DNA from: Camelus ferus
Taxonomy: Eukaryota
NCBI RefSeq assembly: GCF_009834535.1
Contig: NC_045728.1
Coordinates: 7,564,001 to 7,628,000, forward strand
Direction of reading: 5' to 3'
DNA: 64,000 nucleotides
The position numbers and the translations under genes were made by a program. This document shows, piece by piece, positions 49,046-60,360 of the stretch (position 1 is its first letter; each line of letters begins with the position of its first letter). The notes under the pieces were generated by a model, which saw only the letters and a program-made list of their open reading frames with translations, was not told where the DNA came from and did not search any database.

Positions 49046-49966
49046 ATAAGTTAGATTTTATCCTGGAAAGAGGGAAAAGTGACAATAAGTTAAGGACCCA
49101 AGGCACCGAAATCCACTGCCTGCTACCTACAGATTCATGAAAAGAAAGACAGCGGTAGACCGTGTTCGTGCAAGGGTAACGTGCGTGGTGACGCAGACCG
49201 CGGGAGCGGCAAGTACCCTAGACGGAGGTGCGGCCTCGGGTGAGGACTGGATGCAGGCAACTGGACTGATGTGTGGACAGGTGTTATTTATTATTATCAG
49301 ACAGAGAAGAGCAAGTGACAAAGAGAGTAGCAGCAGTGAGAATCCACCTGGTCAGGTCTCGGAACCCGCTTTCTAGCCCACGCTTGAATGCAGCGTCTCG
49401 GGAACCGCTGCTGCTGTAGCCACTCCTCTCCAAACGTCCTCTGACCCGCAGTCCTTCTCTGGCCTCCCAGGTCCTGGACTTTGATTCTCTTCCTTTGCTC
49501 TGCCCCTGTGGATGAAATTCTCTGCTAGATGGGTCATCCGATTTGGGATTTCTCCCACTGACATTTTTCTATCCAAATTCTTCTTACAGTGTCCCTTTAA
49601 TTGTAGAACACGGAAAAGTCTTATTCCACCACCAAAATCAGCCTGGGCCCCCACACCCCGGGCTGGGCCTGGCGTTCTGGGGTCCTGCTTAGGTGAAAAG
49701 AGAGCTCAAGACACTAACTGAAGACATGAGAGCTGCCAGCTTGTCTAGAACCCCCGGGATAGGCAGAGAGGTCAGTTTGTTTAAGGAGAAACAGCACCTT
49801 TGTGACAGGCTTCCAACCAGGGAACAAAGCACTAAGCTGGAGGAAGGACCCTGAAAACAGGTCAGATGAATTTTAGTTTTCCTACAAGGACATTCACTCA
49901 TAGATGACAAATAGTTAAGAGATACTCATGCAAGGAATTATCTCTCACCACTGCTCAGCCCCCCAC

Positions 49967-49993
49967 CGCACGCGCGCACGCACACACACACGT
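49967..49993. repeat. (CG/CA)n alternating purine-pyrimidine tract
   Basis: cgcacgcgcgcacgcacacacacacgt. Confidence 0.9.
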
Positions 49994-50099
49994 TGTTTCT
50001 CCCTGTAAAGCATTTCTCACCTATTCTTTACTTCATTCAAACCAAAAACAAGCAATAACACCTGAAGTTCAGCACCCCTTCTGTGAGGTCCCTCCCCGG

Positions 50100-50300
50100 T
50101 CCCATAAAAATATATTCCACATGTTCTGTTTTATTTCACACCTGACCACAATATTTATCCTGGAATGTTCTAGTTGTTTATCTGTTTCTTTTCTCCAGCA
50201 GACTGTGACATCTCTCATGTAGGCTAGTGCATCTTCTTCATCTCTGCATTTCCTGCTCCCAGCACAGAGTTCCTCATCAAATGACATCTGAATGAGTGAA
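50100..50300 (+). mobile_element. L2 3' fragment
   Basis: tgtttatctgtttcttttctccagcagactgtgac...cccagcacagag...ctgaatgagtgaa. Confidence 0.55.
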
Positions 50301-51564
50301 AATGAAAGGGAATTGGGTCCCGTCTTTTTTTATTACAAATTGTTCTAGTCTGACCATCTGAGCAGCTACAACCAGGAAATTGAGGAACGGGAAGAGGTCT
50401 TCAAATGGACTCAGAGAGGCTAGAGAAGGAAGGGTTTGGGATGCACTAAATTTGACATCATTTGAGATATATTTTCACCTTCCTGTTTAGATTCTTATTT
50501 ACTGAAAAACAGAGGAGAATCAGCACAGAGGGTTTTTAGGAGCTGGAGTGACCAGGCAAGAGTCTGTCTCTGCTCCAGAAGCAAGCGCTAGCCCGCCCCA
50601 TGCCTGGAGACGCACACGCAGTGCTGCTGATCTGCTCTGGCGGGTTCCGTGGCTGCTCTCTGATCCTGAGTACAGAGACAGGGGAGAAACTGGTCTCTGC
50701 CTCTACCCCCTTCTCTTCCATCATCCTCTTTCCAGTGTCCTTCCGTCTCTACATCATAGTTAGAATAATCTTCACAGCAACTGTATTCCCCACGTGTGGT
50801 TGTGTTCCCAGTGAATTCAGTCATGAAGACAATAGTGCCCTGTGTTGAAGGAGCAGACTTCATCCTTAGTGTATTTCAGCCAAAAAGTAAAGAAGTGTAG
50901 GAATGAGGACCAGAGTCAAACCCTTTCAGTGAACAGAGAAGCCAAAGATACGAAACAATGACAGCTTGGACCCAGCATTGCCTCCTGGCTGTACCGCGCA
51001 CAGCGGAGCCAGGTCCGGGTTCCTAACACGGCGTCACGGCGCAGTCACGGCCGTGGCTGCCCCACTGGCCCTCCCCCAGGCCCGTCCACGTGCTGCGCTT
51101 GTACAGCCGGAGCCTGCTTCAGGTCTGAGCCCCACAGACGGGGCTGTAGGGGAGACGGTAACCAGCACCTCTGCTTCCCTCGTGAGAGATGCCTCGGGTC
51201 CCTGCCTGAAGTCCTCTTTGCACAGTGTATTCATGTTTTCTAGGGACCTGCTTGTTGCCTTGAGCGTCCACCTCTCCCACTTTCCCCAACCGCTCCTAGA
51301 CCCGTAAAATGACGGCTTGTGCAATGCAGGCCCTGGAGGAGACAGTCACTGCGGCTGAGATGAAGACGCTCCAGGGCGAAGGGAAGACGAAAGGGAGGGG
51401 GGATGCAGGAAGGTGAAGAGCACAGGGCTGAGAAGCCGAGGGCCCGCCTGTACTGCCGCTGGGGAGAGCGCCCCGCTTCCCGCATCAGCCGTGGGACGTC
51501 CTCGGGTCCCAGCGTCAGAAAGCCGGCCCTGCAGCCTTCCCTCCGCGCGTGTCCTCCAACAGGT

Positions 51565-51630
51565 CGCTTTAACTCTTCCCGTCTTAGTCCCCACGTGGCA
51601 AAATGGAGACACCCATAATGATACCTGTCC
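51565..51630 (+). mobile_element. MIR core fragment, GC-shifted
   Basis: gtcgctttaactcttcccgtcttagtccccacgtggcaaaatggagacacccataatgatacct; same relative position as the MIR 3' of the 18-kb paralogue. Confidence 0.5.
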
Positions 51631-51694
51631 TCTCCGATTACAAAAATATTTGTGAGAACCGTACACAGATGTTCTATAAACTGGGAAGTGCAGG

Positions 51695-52651
51695 TCAGGT
51701 GTCGCCTGCCGACCTCCACAGCTGCTCAGGAAGGAAGCCCAGCGGGCGCAGAACTCTCCTCAGCGATGATTTCACCTCCTTATTCCGGAGGCTGTAGATC
51801 AGGGGGTTCAGCATGGGGGTGACCAGGTTATTCAGGACCTGGACAGTTGCATCCACCCAGGGGCTGGGGGTGGGCCTGAGGTAGATGAGGACCACCGGCA
51901 TGTAGAACAGCAGGATGGCGGCCAGGTGGGCACTGCAGGTGGAGAAGGCGCGTCGCCGGCCCTCTGCAGAGCGGATCTGCAGGATGGAGTAGACGATGCG
52001 ACAGTAGGAGGTGAGGATGAGGAGGAAGCAGGTGAGGGGCATGAGGCCCACACTGATGAGCCCCACCATCTCCAGGGCCGAGGTGTCTGCACAAGCCAGC
52101 TTCAGCATCACTGGGATGTCACAGAAGTAATAGTCCACCTCGTTGGGGCCGCAGTAGGGCAGCTGGAAGGTGAGAGTAGTTAGAAAGGTGGCCTGAACGC
52201 AGCCAAAAAGTGAGGTCCCCATGGCCAGGATGGCACACGCTCTGTGACTCATGATTATCGTGTAGCGCAGAGGGTGACATACGGCCACAAAGCGGTCGTA
52301 AGCCATCACCGTGTACAGGAAGCACTCTGTGCAGCCCAGGAAATGGTAGAAGAAGAGCTGGGACACGCAGCCTGCATAGGAGACGGCTCGGCTGTTCCCT
52401 GAGAGGTAGAAGAGCATCTTGGGGGAACTCACGGAAGGAAAAAATATGTCACACACAGAGAGTTTACACAGGAAGAAGTACATGGGGGTGTGAAGCCGAG
52501 AGGAGGAGACAATCGCCAGTAGGATGAGCAGGTTGCCTATAAGCGTGAGGACGTAGAAGGACAGAAACAGGACAAAGAGCGTGGCCTCCAGGCCGTGTGT
52601 GTGCGGGATGCCCAGCAGAATAAACGCGGTCACCACCGAGGCATTCCTCAT
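51695..52651 (-). CDS. Olfactory receptor, OR10D1-like (mouse Olfr149-like), intact (318 aa)
   Basis: Full OR motifs; close to the recalled Olfr149-type sequence (CDIFFPSVSSPKMLFYLSGN, LRPTPSPWxDATVQ). Acceptor tctgactttctcacAG lies 2 nt before the ATG. Confidence 0.92.
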   Translation of the reverse strand: MRNASVVTAFILLGIPHTHGLEATLFVLFLSFYVLTLIGNLLILLAIVSSSRLHTPMYFFLCKLSVCDIFFPSVSSPKMLFYLSGNSRAVSYAGCVSQLFFYHFLGCTECFLYTVMAYDRFVAVCHPLRYTIIMSHRACAILAMGTSLFGCVQATFLTTLTFQLPYCGPNEVDYYFCDIPVMLKLACADTSALEMVGLISVGLMPLTCFLLILTSYCRIVYSILQIRSAEGRRRAFSTCSAHLAAILLFYMPVVLIYLRPTPSPWVDATVQVLNNLVTPMLNPLIYSLRNKEVKSSLRRVLRPLGFLPEQLWRSAGDT

Positions 52652-53719
52652 AGCTGTGAGAAAGTCAGACCTCGAAGAGGGGCCTGAGACACCAAAGTCT
52701 GAACGCCAGTATCAGATTATTAAGCTTCTCGGTATTGAGTGCTTCGGCTGTGTTTTTAACAAGGAACAACCACCTTCTTGTGAATGGCAGGCTCTACATA
52801 AAAATCCCGGGTAATAAGGAAAGGCTGCTTTAGAGCCAGTCTGTCCACCTCCCGGAAAGAGCTGCCCTCTGTGACAAGATCAGAAGTTTTGGAATCTGTT
52901 CAAAACATTCTCATGTTAAGTTAGAAACCTTCTTACAGTTGTTTAATTCATGGATTTACTCTCTTCAGGCATACTTATATTTTGAACTCTCACGGTATCC
53001 CTGAGAAGCAAACTCCCACTCTGCAGTACCCTCTGAAAGATACCAGAACACTTGTGTTAGAATCAGAACGCTTGATTTGAAGCCCTGCTTCGCCACTTAA
53101 TAGCTATAGTAAAGACAATTTATACAGTATCTTTCATAGACATAATTTTATCCTGCACGGAATGAAAAATACAATTGTTATACCAACAACAGAGATACCC
53201 TGGTGTCACGGTAAAGTTCATGAAATTTCTGTGAAAGTATCTGGCAAAAATCATAAATCCTAATGAAAAGTGTTCCTTTATGTTTCTTAAATGTACTCAA
53301 GTAACTTTCTTTAATGTTACTATTCTATAGTTATGTGCAAATAAATGTTTTATGAAGTAACATTATTAAAGAAACTTGTGTCAGATCCTCTTCAGGGTAC
53401 ATCCTTCCAGACTGGGGAGCTGTAATACCCCCAGCTCTCTCAGGAGATGCTGCTCTGGTTCTTCTGGTCCTTTTAACCTTTTCTAAGTGGACTTACAGCG
53501 ACTCTGAAATACTAAGCAAAAGAAATAGTAACAGCAAGCAAAGCATCAAATTCATGTTACTGCGAGAAAAAGAGAAATGCACTAACGCACATGGCAGAAA
53601 GTTGAAGAACAGCTCCACTGAGGGATGTTAAAGAATTCACAGCAGGGTATAGTGTCTGGGAAGCACAGGGCTCTTCCTCTCATCATTCATTCAGTAATAA
53701 GAAATACACATACACCATT

Positions 53720-53945
53720 TAATGAAAATTTACTATGTTCCAAGGACTGGGCTCAGTACTTACAAAATATGATTTTTTTTCAATAAACCTATAAGGAAAA
53801 AACTATTACCATTATTCTCACCTGTTGGTCAGAAAACTGAAGCTTAGAAAAATGGAGCAAGTTCCCCAAGGTTACAAAGCTAGTATGTGACAGAGCCAAG
53901 ACTCAGACCTGTTTCAGTCCACCGTCTGTGCCCTTAACCATTAGG
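53720..53945 (-). mobile_element. MIR
   Basis: ttactatgttccaaggactgggctcagtact...gaaaactgaagcttagaaaaatggagcaagttccccaaggttacaaagctagtatgtgacagagcc. Confidence 0.75.
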
Positions 53946-54104
53946 AAATTCTGCCCTCTGTTTACTGTGCTGCCCAAGGCAGCCTGTCCCACTGCTGGGC
54001 AGTGGGCTCACATCATCATTTTATACTAAGGTGGGAAAAGTCTTCTTGTCTTCCTTCTTCCTGCTTGTTTCCAGTCTTGACTCTAGAGCACACCTAGTTG
54101 GTGT

Positions 54105-54204
54105 NNNNNNNNNNNNNNNNNNNNNNNNNNNNNNNNNNNNNNNNNNNNNNNNNNNNNNNNNNNNNNNNNNNNNNNNNNNNNNNNNNNNNNNNNNNNNNNN
54201 NNNN
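54105..54204. other. Assembly gap (exactly 100 N, probably of unknown size)
   Basis: Run of 100 N. Confidence 1.
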
Positions 54205-54814
54205 AGTTTTTAGTTTTAGAGAAGAGACAACAGGCTTTTCCCATCCCTTCGACACCATCCCTTAGTATCAACTCCAATACAGGAGCTTTCACGTCCTAGA
54301 GCCACATTCAATGTGAGGCTTCCAATCATGAAGTGTGGCAGGGGCCACTAAAAAACATGACAAAAGAGGATGACCGAGTCAAAACGGGTCACTCACATAC
54401 ACCCCAGATTTGGGCAAAAGTGAAGACAGCAAAGGGGAAAACCACGCTGCTCTGGGGGAGAAACGCTGCTGACAGCCTGCTTCTTGTTACTGATTCCGGC
54501 CGTACCTGAACAGTGCGTCTGAGAATGCAGAGTCCTGTGAGCTCTGCGTCACCTCTTCTTGGTCAGCAAAGTAACAGGTCTTTGGTCCTTGCCTATGATC
54601 AGACACAGTGATAATCTCTGATTCTATAATACTGTTTGATTTTTCAGTCCATTTCAGGAAAAAGAAGCCCCAAGCACCAGGAAGGTCCCTGTGTGAGGCC
54701 CCCGGTGTGTGGGCGGCAGAGGCTAACAGGGAGAGCCGGGCAGCAGTTTGAACACACACAGTCCACCTGAGAACACGTTCAGGCTCTCCTGTGTTAGAAC
54801 AAGACCTTGCCTGG

Positions 54815-55020
54815 CTTACTGTTTCTGAGCAGAGCACGGAGTGCTCCAGCCACAGGAGCTCTAATTCCCCTACTTATAAAGAATTGAGTCTCAAAGGGCT
54901 TGTGCAGTCAAGAGACCTGTACACACTCCCTCTTCCTGGATTACGTCCTTGGAAGTTTATTCAGGTCCCTGAAAGCCCTGCGTGGGGCTCAGTGAGAGCT
55001 CTGAGGGGGCAATTAGTCAT
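54815..55020 (-). promoter_or_regulatory. Candidate promoter and 5'-UTR exon donor of the 52-kb OR10D1-like gene
   Basis: ctctgagggggcaattag (54999-55016), ctaattcccctac (54861-54873), gtctcaaagggc; minus-strand donor aca|GTAAGC at 54819. Confidence 0.4.
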
Positions 55021-55475
55021 ATTCACATCCAGCTGTGAAACAACAGCAGCGAGATCAACAGAAAGGGACGCCTTAAAGAGGGAAATGTCTATGTTCCTCC
55101 GTTATCTGCGTGGCAGAACGCACTCCAATTATAACCTTAGATCGCCTGCAATGCTCTCCCATTTTTTTGGTTGCCTTACACACCCTCAGTCTTTTGCTTG
55201 TGATGTCATTTGTCTGTTGCTTTTGTAATTATCCATATCCTATCACTATTCCAAATAGAAACCTAATCAGTTAGTTTTTATTTATTATGAATCTCTATCG
55301 TTACGTGTCCTTCAGGTCAATACTCCTAAAGAAAAATATACATCCATAGGAGGGTGACTGGTATAAAGAAAGGGGTTGGCTGTCAACCTTCTCATAAGAA
55401 AAATGATTGACTAAGTAGCTAATATGAGGTTAACAATTCATAGTAAGCATTTACCACACGCTAACTTAAAATTTA

Positions 55476-57440
55476 AAAAAATTTTTTTATTTAAGTGTGG
55501 TTGATTTACAATGTTCTGTTAGTTCCCAGCGTACAGCAAAGTGATTCAATTATGCATATCTGCATCTATATAGACATGTGGATAGATTCTTTTTCATATT
55601 CTTTTCCATTATAGGTTATTACAAGATATTGAATATAGTTCCCTGTGCTCTACAACAGGTCCTTGTTGTTTGTCTGTCTTATATATGGTAGTGTGTATCT
55701 GTTAATCCCAAGCTCATAATTTAGCCCTCCCCCCTTCCCCTTTGGTAATCATAAATTTGTTTTAAGTATGTAAGTCTATTTTTGTTTTGTAAATAAGTTC
55801 ATTTGTATATTTTTTTAGAATCCACATATAAATTATAACACATTATATTTGTCTTTCTCTGCCTGACTTACATCACTTAGTATGATAGTCTCTAGATCCA
55901 TCCATGTTGCTGCAAATTATTTCATTCTTTTTTACAGTTGAGTAATATTCCATTGTGTATATTTGTGTGTGTGTGTATCATAGCTTCATTATCCAGTCAT
56001 CTATTGATGGACACTTAGGTTGCTTTCATGTCTTGGCTATTGTAAGTAGTGCTGCTGTGAACATGGGGGTGCATGTGTCTTTTTGGTTTAAAATTTTCAC
56101 CTNNNNNNNNNNNNNNNNNNNNNNNNNNNNNNNNNNNNNNNNNNNNNNNNNNNNNNNNNNNNNNNNNNNNNNNNNNNNNNNNNNNNNNNNNNNNNNNNNN
56201 NNNNNNNNNNNNNNNNNNNNNNNNNNNNNNNNNNNNNNNNNNNNNNNNNNNNNNNNNNNNNNNNNNNNNNNNNNNNNNATTTTTAAAATTGAAGTACCAT
56301 CAGTTATAGTGTGTCAGTATCTGGTGTACAGCACAATGTACAGGTCATGCATATGTATACATATATTCATTTCATATTCTAATTATTTTTTTTTTATAAT
56401 GGCCATTTTGACCAACGTCAGGTGATACCACATTGTAGTTTTGATTTGCATTTCCTTAATAATTAGTGATACTGTGTGTCTTTTCATGTGCCTGTCCTCC
56501 TTCTGTATGTTTTCTTTGGAGAAATGTCTATTTAGGTCTTCTGCCCATTTTTTGATTGGTTTGTTTCTTTGATATTGACCTGTATAAGCTGTTTGTATAC
56601 TTTGGAAATTAATCCCTTGACAGTCCTATTGTATACAAATATTTTCTCCCATTCAGTAGACTGTCTTTTGGTTTTTCTTATGGTTTCCTTTGCTGTGCAA
56701 AAACTTTTAAGTTTAATTAGATCTCATTTGTTTATTTTTGCTTTTATCCACTACTCTAAGAGACAGATCAAAAAAATATTGCTGCAATTTATGTCAGAGT
56801 TTTCTGCCTATGTTTTCCTCTAGAAGTTTTATAGTATCTGGCCTTACATTTAGTTCTTCAGTTCGAGTTTATTTTTGTATATGGTGTTAGAGAATGTTCT
56901 AATTTCATTCTTTTACATGTAGCTGTCCAGTTTTCCCAGCAAACTTATTGAAGAGACTGTCTTTTCTCCATCATATATTCTTCTCTCCTTTGTTGTAGAT
57001 TAGTTGACCATAAGTGCATTCCTTTATTTCTGGACTCTCTATCCCGTTCTGTTGATCTATGTGCTTGTTTTTGTGCCAGTACCATACTGTTTTGATTAGT
57101 GTGACTTTGTAGTATAGTCTGAAGTCAGGGAGCATGATTCCTCCAGCTCCATTCTTCTTTCTCAAGATAGTTTTGGCTATTTGGGGTCTTTTGTGTTCCC
57201 ATATAAATTTTAAAATTATTCATTCCAGTTCTGTGAAAAATGCCATTAGTAATTTGATATAGTTTGTACTGAATGTGTAGATTGCCTTGGGTACTATGAT
57301 TATTTTAACAATCTTTCAGTCCAAGAACATGGTATTTCTTTCTGTTTGTGTTATCTTCAGTTTCTTTCATCAGCATCTTATAGTTTTCAGAGTACAGGTC
57401 TTTTGCCTCCTTAGGGCATTTTTAGGTATTTTAGTGGTAT
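55476..57440 (-). mobile_element. 5'-truncated LINE-1 (about 2 kb) with TSD
   Basis: T-rich tail, 3'UTR and antisense ORF2 end; TSD gctaacttaaaattta (55460-55475) / gctaacttttaaaattta (57441-57458). Confidence 0.9.
56103..56278. other. Assembly gap (176 N)
   Basis: Run of N inside the L1. Confidence 1.
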
Positions 57441-57579
57441 GCTAACTTTTAAAATTTATTATATTTAATCTCCAAATGAAACCTTATAAAGTAGGTGATA
57501 TTATTTGACAAAAAAAAAAAAAACCCTGAAAAGCAGATTAAAAACTTGATTATATACACAATTAGAAAGTGAGTGAGCT

Positions 57580-57723
57580 GGGGAGGGTATAGCTCAGGGG
57601 TAGAGTGCATGCCTAGCATGCATAAGGTCCTGGGTTCAATCCCCAGTACCTCTATTTTAAAAAGTAAATAAGCAAATAAACCTAATTACTCCAGCCTCCA
57701 AAAAAAAAAAAATAATAAGCAAA
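57580..57723 (+). mobile_element. Vic-1-type camelid tRNA-derived SINE inserted into a MIR
   Basis: ggggagggtatagctcagggg (A box) ... ggttcaatcccc (B box), AT-rich body with aataaacctaattac, poly(A); 18-bp TSD tagaaagtgagtgagctg / tagaaaatgagtgaactg. Confidence 0.9.
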
Positions 57724-58419
57724 TAGAAAATGAGTGAACTGAGACTGTAATTTTAAAGCCAGTGCTTTTAAGCTCTATGCTATGGATTCTAGAAATCTGA
57801 GTTTTGCATCCAAAGAGAAACAGAGATATAATGTGATTTTTCAAACGTTTGCAGGGCTGCTAAACAGACTTCATATGCACTGTTCCATGTGGTTACTCAA
57901 GAATCCTGGGCAGATCTGGTAGAAAGAGATTTATTTTCAACATAGAAAGAAAGTTTAATTATTAGAAAATGTACATGGATGAAATAAGCAACCTTATGAG
58001 GTAGTTATCTCCTTGTCTGGAAATACCCAAGAAAGTGTAAAAAGAACCATCTTTCAGGGGTGCCATTAAGGATATTTTCAATTTGAATGAATAACTTCAG
58101 TTAAAGTTCTTCCTAACTTTGAAATTATTTGACTTTATTTATACTGTAAAACTTTTCAATGATACCTAACACAATAAAAGTGTAACTTTAACGATGCTAA
58201 TTCTGCTAACCCCTGTGCAAAAGAAGTGACGGATATAACCACAGTAGTTATGACAGTAACTATTGCAATAGCAAGACTGTTGGGAAACGTTTTAAAAGAG
58301 GAGGAACACAGATCATGGAGGGAGTCCAGGTGCTACTTAGACAGTGTTTCACAAGGTGAGAGTGGCCTGCTGGGATGTCTTCCTGAGCAGACCACAGTTT
58401 TAGTAACAATCTTTTATTG

Positions 58420-58590
58420 TGCATTTGCTACATACTGAGTGCTCCACATGTATTAGCTCTTTCAATTCTCCCTAGAAATCTATCAGGCAGGCAGCATTAT
58501 TTCCCCCATTTCTAGTAGAAAATTTAGCCTCAAAGAGTTTAAGCGACTTAACCAAGGTAATAGGGTTGGTTAGTGGACCCAGGATGATAG
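58420..58590 (-). mobile_element. MIR
   Basis: gcatttgctacatactgagtgctccacatgtattagctc...agaaaatttagcctcaaagagtttaagcgacttaaccaagg. Confidence 0.7.
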
Positions 58591-59750
58591 GATCCTTCCT
58601 TTTGAGTTACAAAGAAAAATAAGCTTGTAACTAATTCTGATTTTCAAATACCCATTCATAACTAATATCACCTTACATTTGTGGCTAGTCAAGTTTTTCA
58701 GTGCACTTTTGTGGTTTTTAAATTAATTCTCTCAAGAACTATGTAAGGGGGCTTTTATTAATCCCATTATACAAATACAGATACTGAACTCAGGGCAATT
58801 GTGACTTTCTAAATGTTAGACAGCAGAAGAGCCCAGGCATCCCCAGGCTTAATTCTCTTCCCGCACATCCTCACTGCTTCCCAAAATGACCCCGTACAGA
58901 AGGCGGCTGTCCCTGTGTTAAGAGGAGGATTATTAATAGATTCATTTTAGAGTTTTGAAGGAGTCTTGTGTATACCCTTGTAGCCCTTACCGTTTTAATC
59001 GTGTATTCTCTGACAAGAGTATGGCCTTAAACTATAATGAGAGACAGAGAGACTTGTTCAGTGTTATGTCTTGTTTCACAGGGATTGAGTCCCAGGAAGT
59101 TCCACAGGTATTTCTCAAAGGAGCTCTCTTGCTATGGTCTACTTGTAGGAAATTTTGCCTTATATTTGGATCATTCTTGTTTTAATCAGAGAAACAGTCT
59201 GTCTCTTTTTTCCTCTACTCCAGAAATTCAACTAAGTTACTGGCATATACTAGCAACAGCTGGTTTCTCAACTAATCATTCAGCAGAACTTTCTGATTAT
59301 AAATAGCAGGGCTATATCTAGGCATTCTTGGTCCAGTGACAGGTGCTTTCCAGTTTGTTGGCAGGGCTGGGGTCTAGGGTGAATGGCTAAATGAAAGTTT
59401 CTTCTTTCATCTGCAAAAACTCAGTAGTGAAAAACCGGACTGTGAATCAAAATGGAAGAGTAGGATGATGGCTACTTACTAGGTGATAAATTTCTTAAGC
59501 TATTATTCTCCTGCCTTTCTTTTTCTTTCTTTTTTCTTCCTGGTGGGAAAGTGCTCAGTTGCTTTCCTGTGCCTCCTAAGAATTTAATGGTTTCTGTGAA
59601 AGAGGTTTGACCCACTTAGTGGAGAAGTTAAAAGTAGTATAGGAATGAAACTTACATTTTCTGCATTTTTATTGGGGAGAGATGGGAATGACAAATATCA
59701 GGCACTTGAATCCCTAGAAACTTTAGTGACTTGGTGTCACCAACAATTCT

Positions 59751-60360
59751 TTTTTTTTTTATTGAACTAGTCATTTTATAATGTGTCAATTTCTGGTGTA
59801 CAGCACAATTCTTCAGTCATACATGAATATACATATATTCATTTTCATATTTTCACCATAAGCTACTACAAGATATTGAATATATTTCCCTGTGCTGTAC
59901 AGTATAAACTTGTTTATCTATTTTATATATACCAGTCAGTATCTGCAAATCTTGAACTCCCAGTTTTATCCCTTCCCACCCCCCTCCCCCCTGGCAACCA
60001 CACGTCTGTATTCTATGTCTGTGAGTCTGTTTCTGTTTTATATATAAGTTCATTTTTTTTTTTTTTTAGATTCCACATATGAGTGATATCATATGGTATT
60101 TTTCTTTCTCTTTCTGGCTTACTTCACTTAGAATGACATTCTCCGGGGCCATCCATGTTGCTGCAAATGGCATTATTTTATCATTTTCATGGCTAAGTAG
60201 TATTCCATTGTATAAATATACCACAATTTCTTCATCCAGTCATCTGTCAATTGACATTTAGGTTGTTTCCATGTCTTGGCTATTGTAAATAGTGCTGCTA
60301 TGAACATTGGTGTGCAGGTGTCTTTTTGAATTAGGATTCCCTCTGGATATATGCCCAGGA
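59751..60360 (-). mobile_element. Young camelid-type L1, 5'-truncated (about 610 bp), with TSD
   Basis: Poly(T), 3'UTR and ORF2 terminus; TSD gtgtcaccaacaattct / gtgtcaccaattctt; target TTCTT|AA fits the L1 endonuclease consensus. Confidence 0.92.

Noticed and set aside
50966-51719. Long ORFs (113-159 aa) 3' of the 52-kb OR
   Set aside because: Expected from high GC with few stops; the region is homologous to the non-coding flank of the 18-kb paralogue and contains a MIR.
18239-52651. Recent segmental duplication as the explanation for the identical OR10D1-like sequences
   Set aside because: Identity stops at the ATG and at codon about 243; introns and 3' flanks are highly diverged, which a recent duplication would not produce.
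55955-56425. ORFs spanning N runs (also 3363-3672 and 54031-54292)
   Set aside because: Artefacts of translating through assembly gaps.
57580-57655. Possible tRNA gene
   Set aside because: It is followed by a SINE body and poly(A) and flanked by a TSD, so it is a SINE head, not a tRNA locus.
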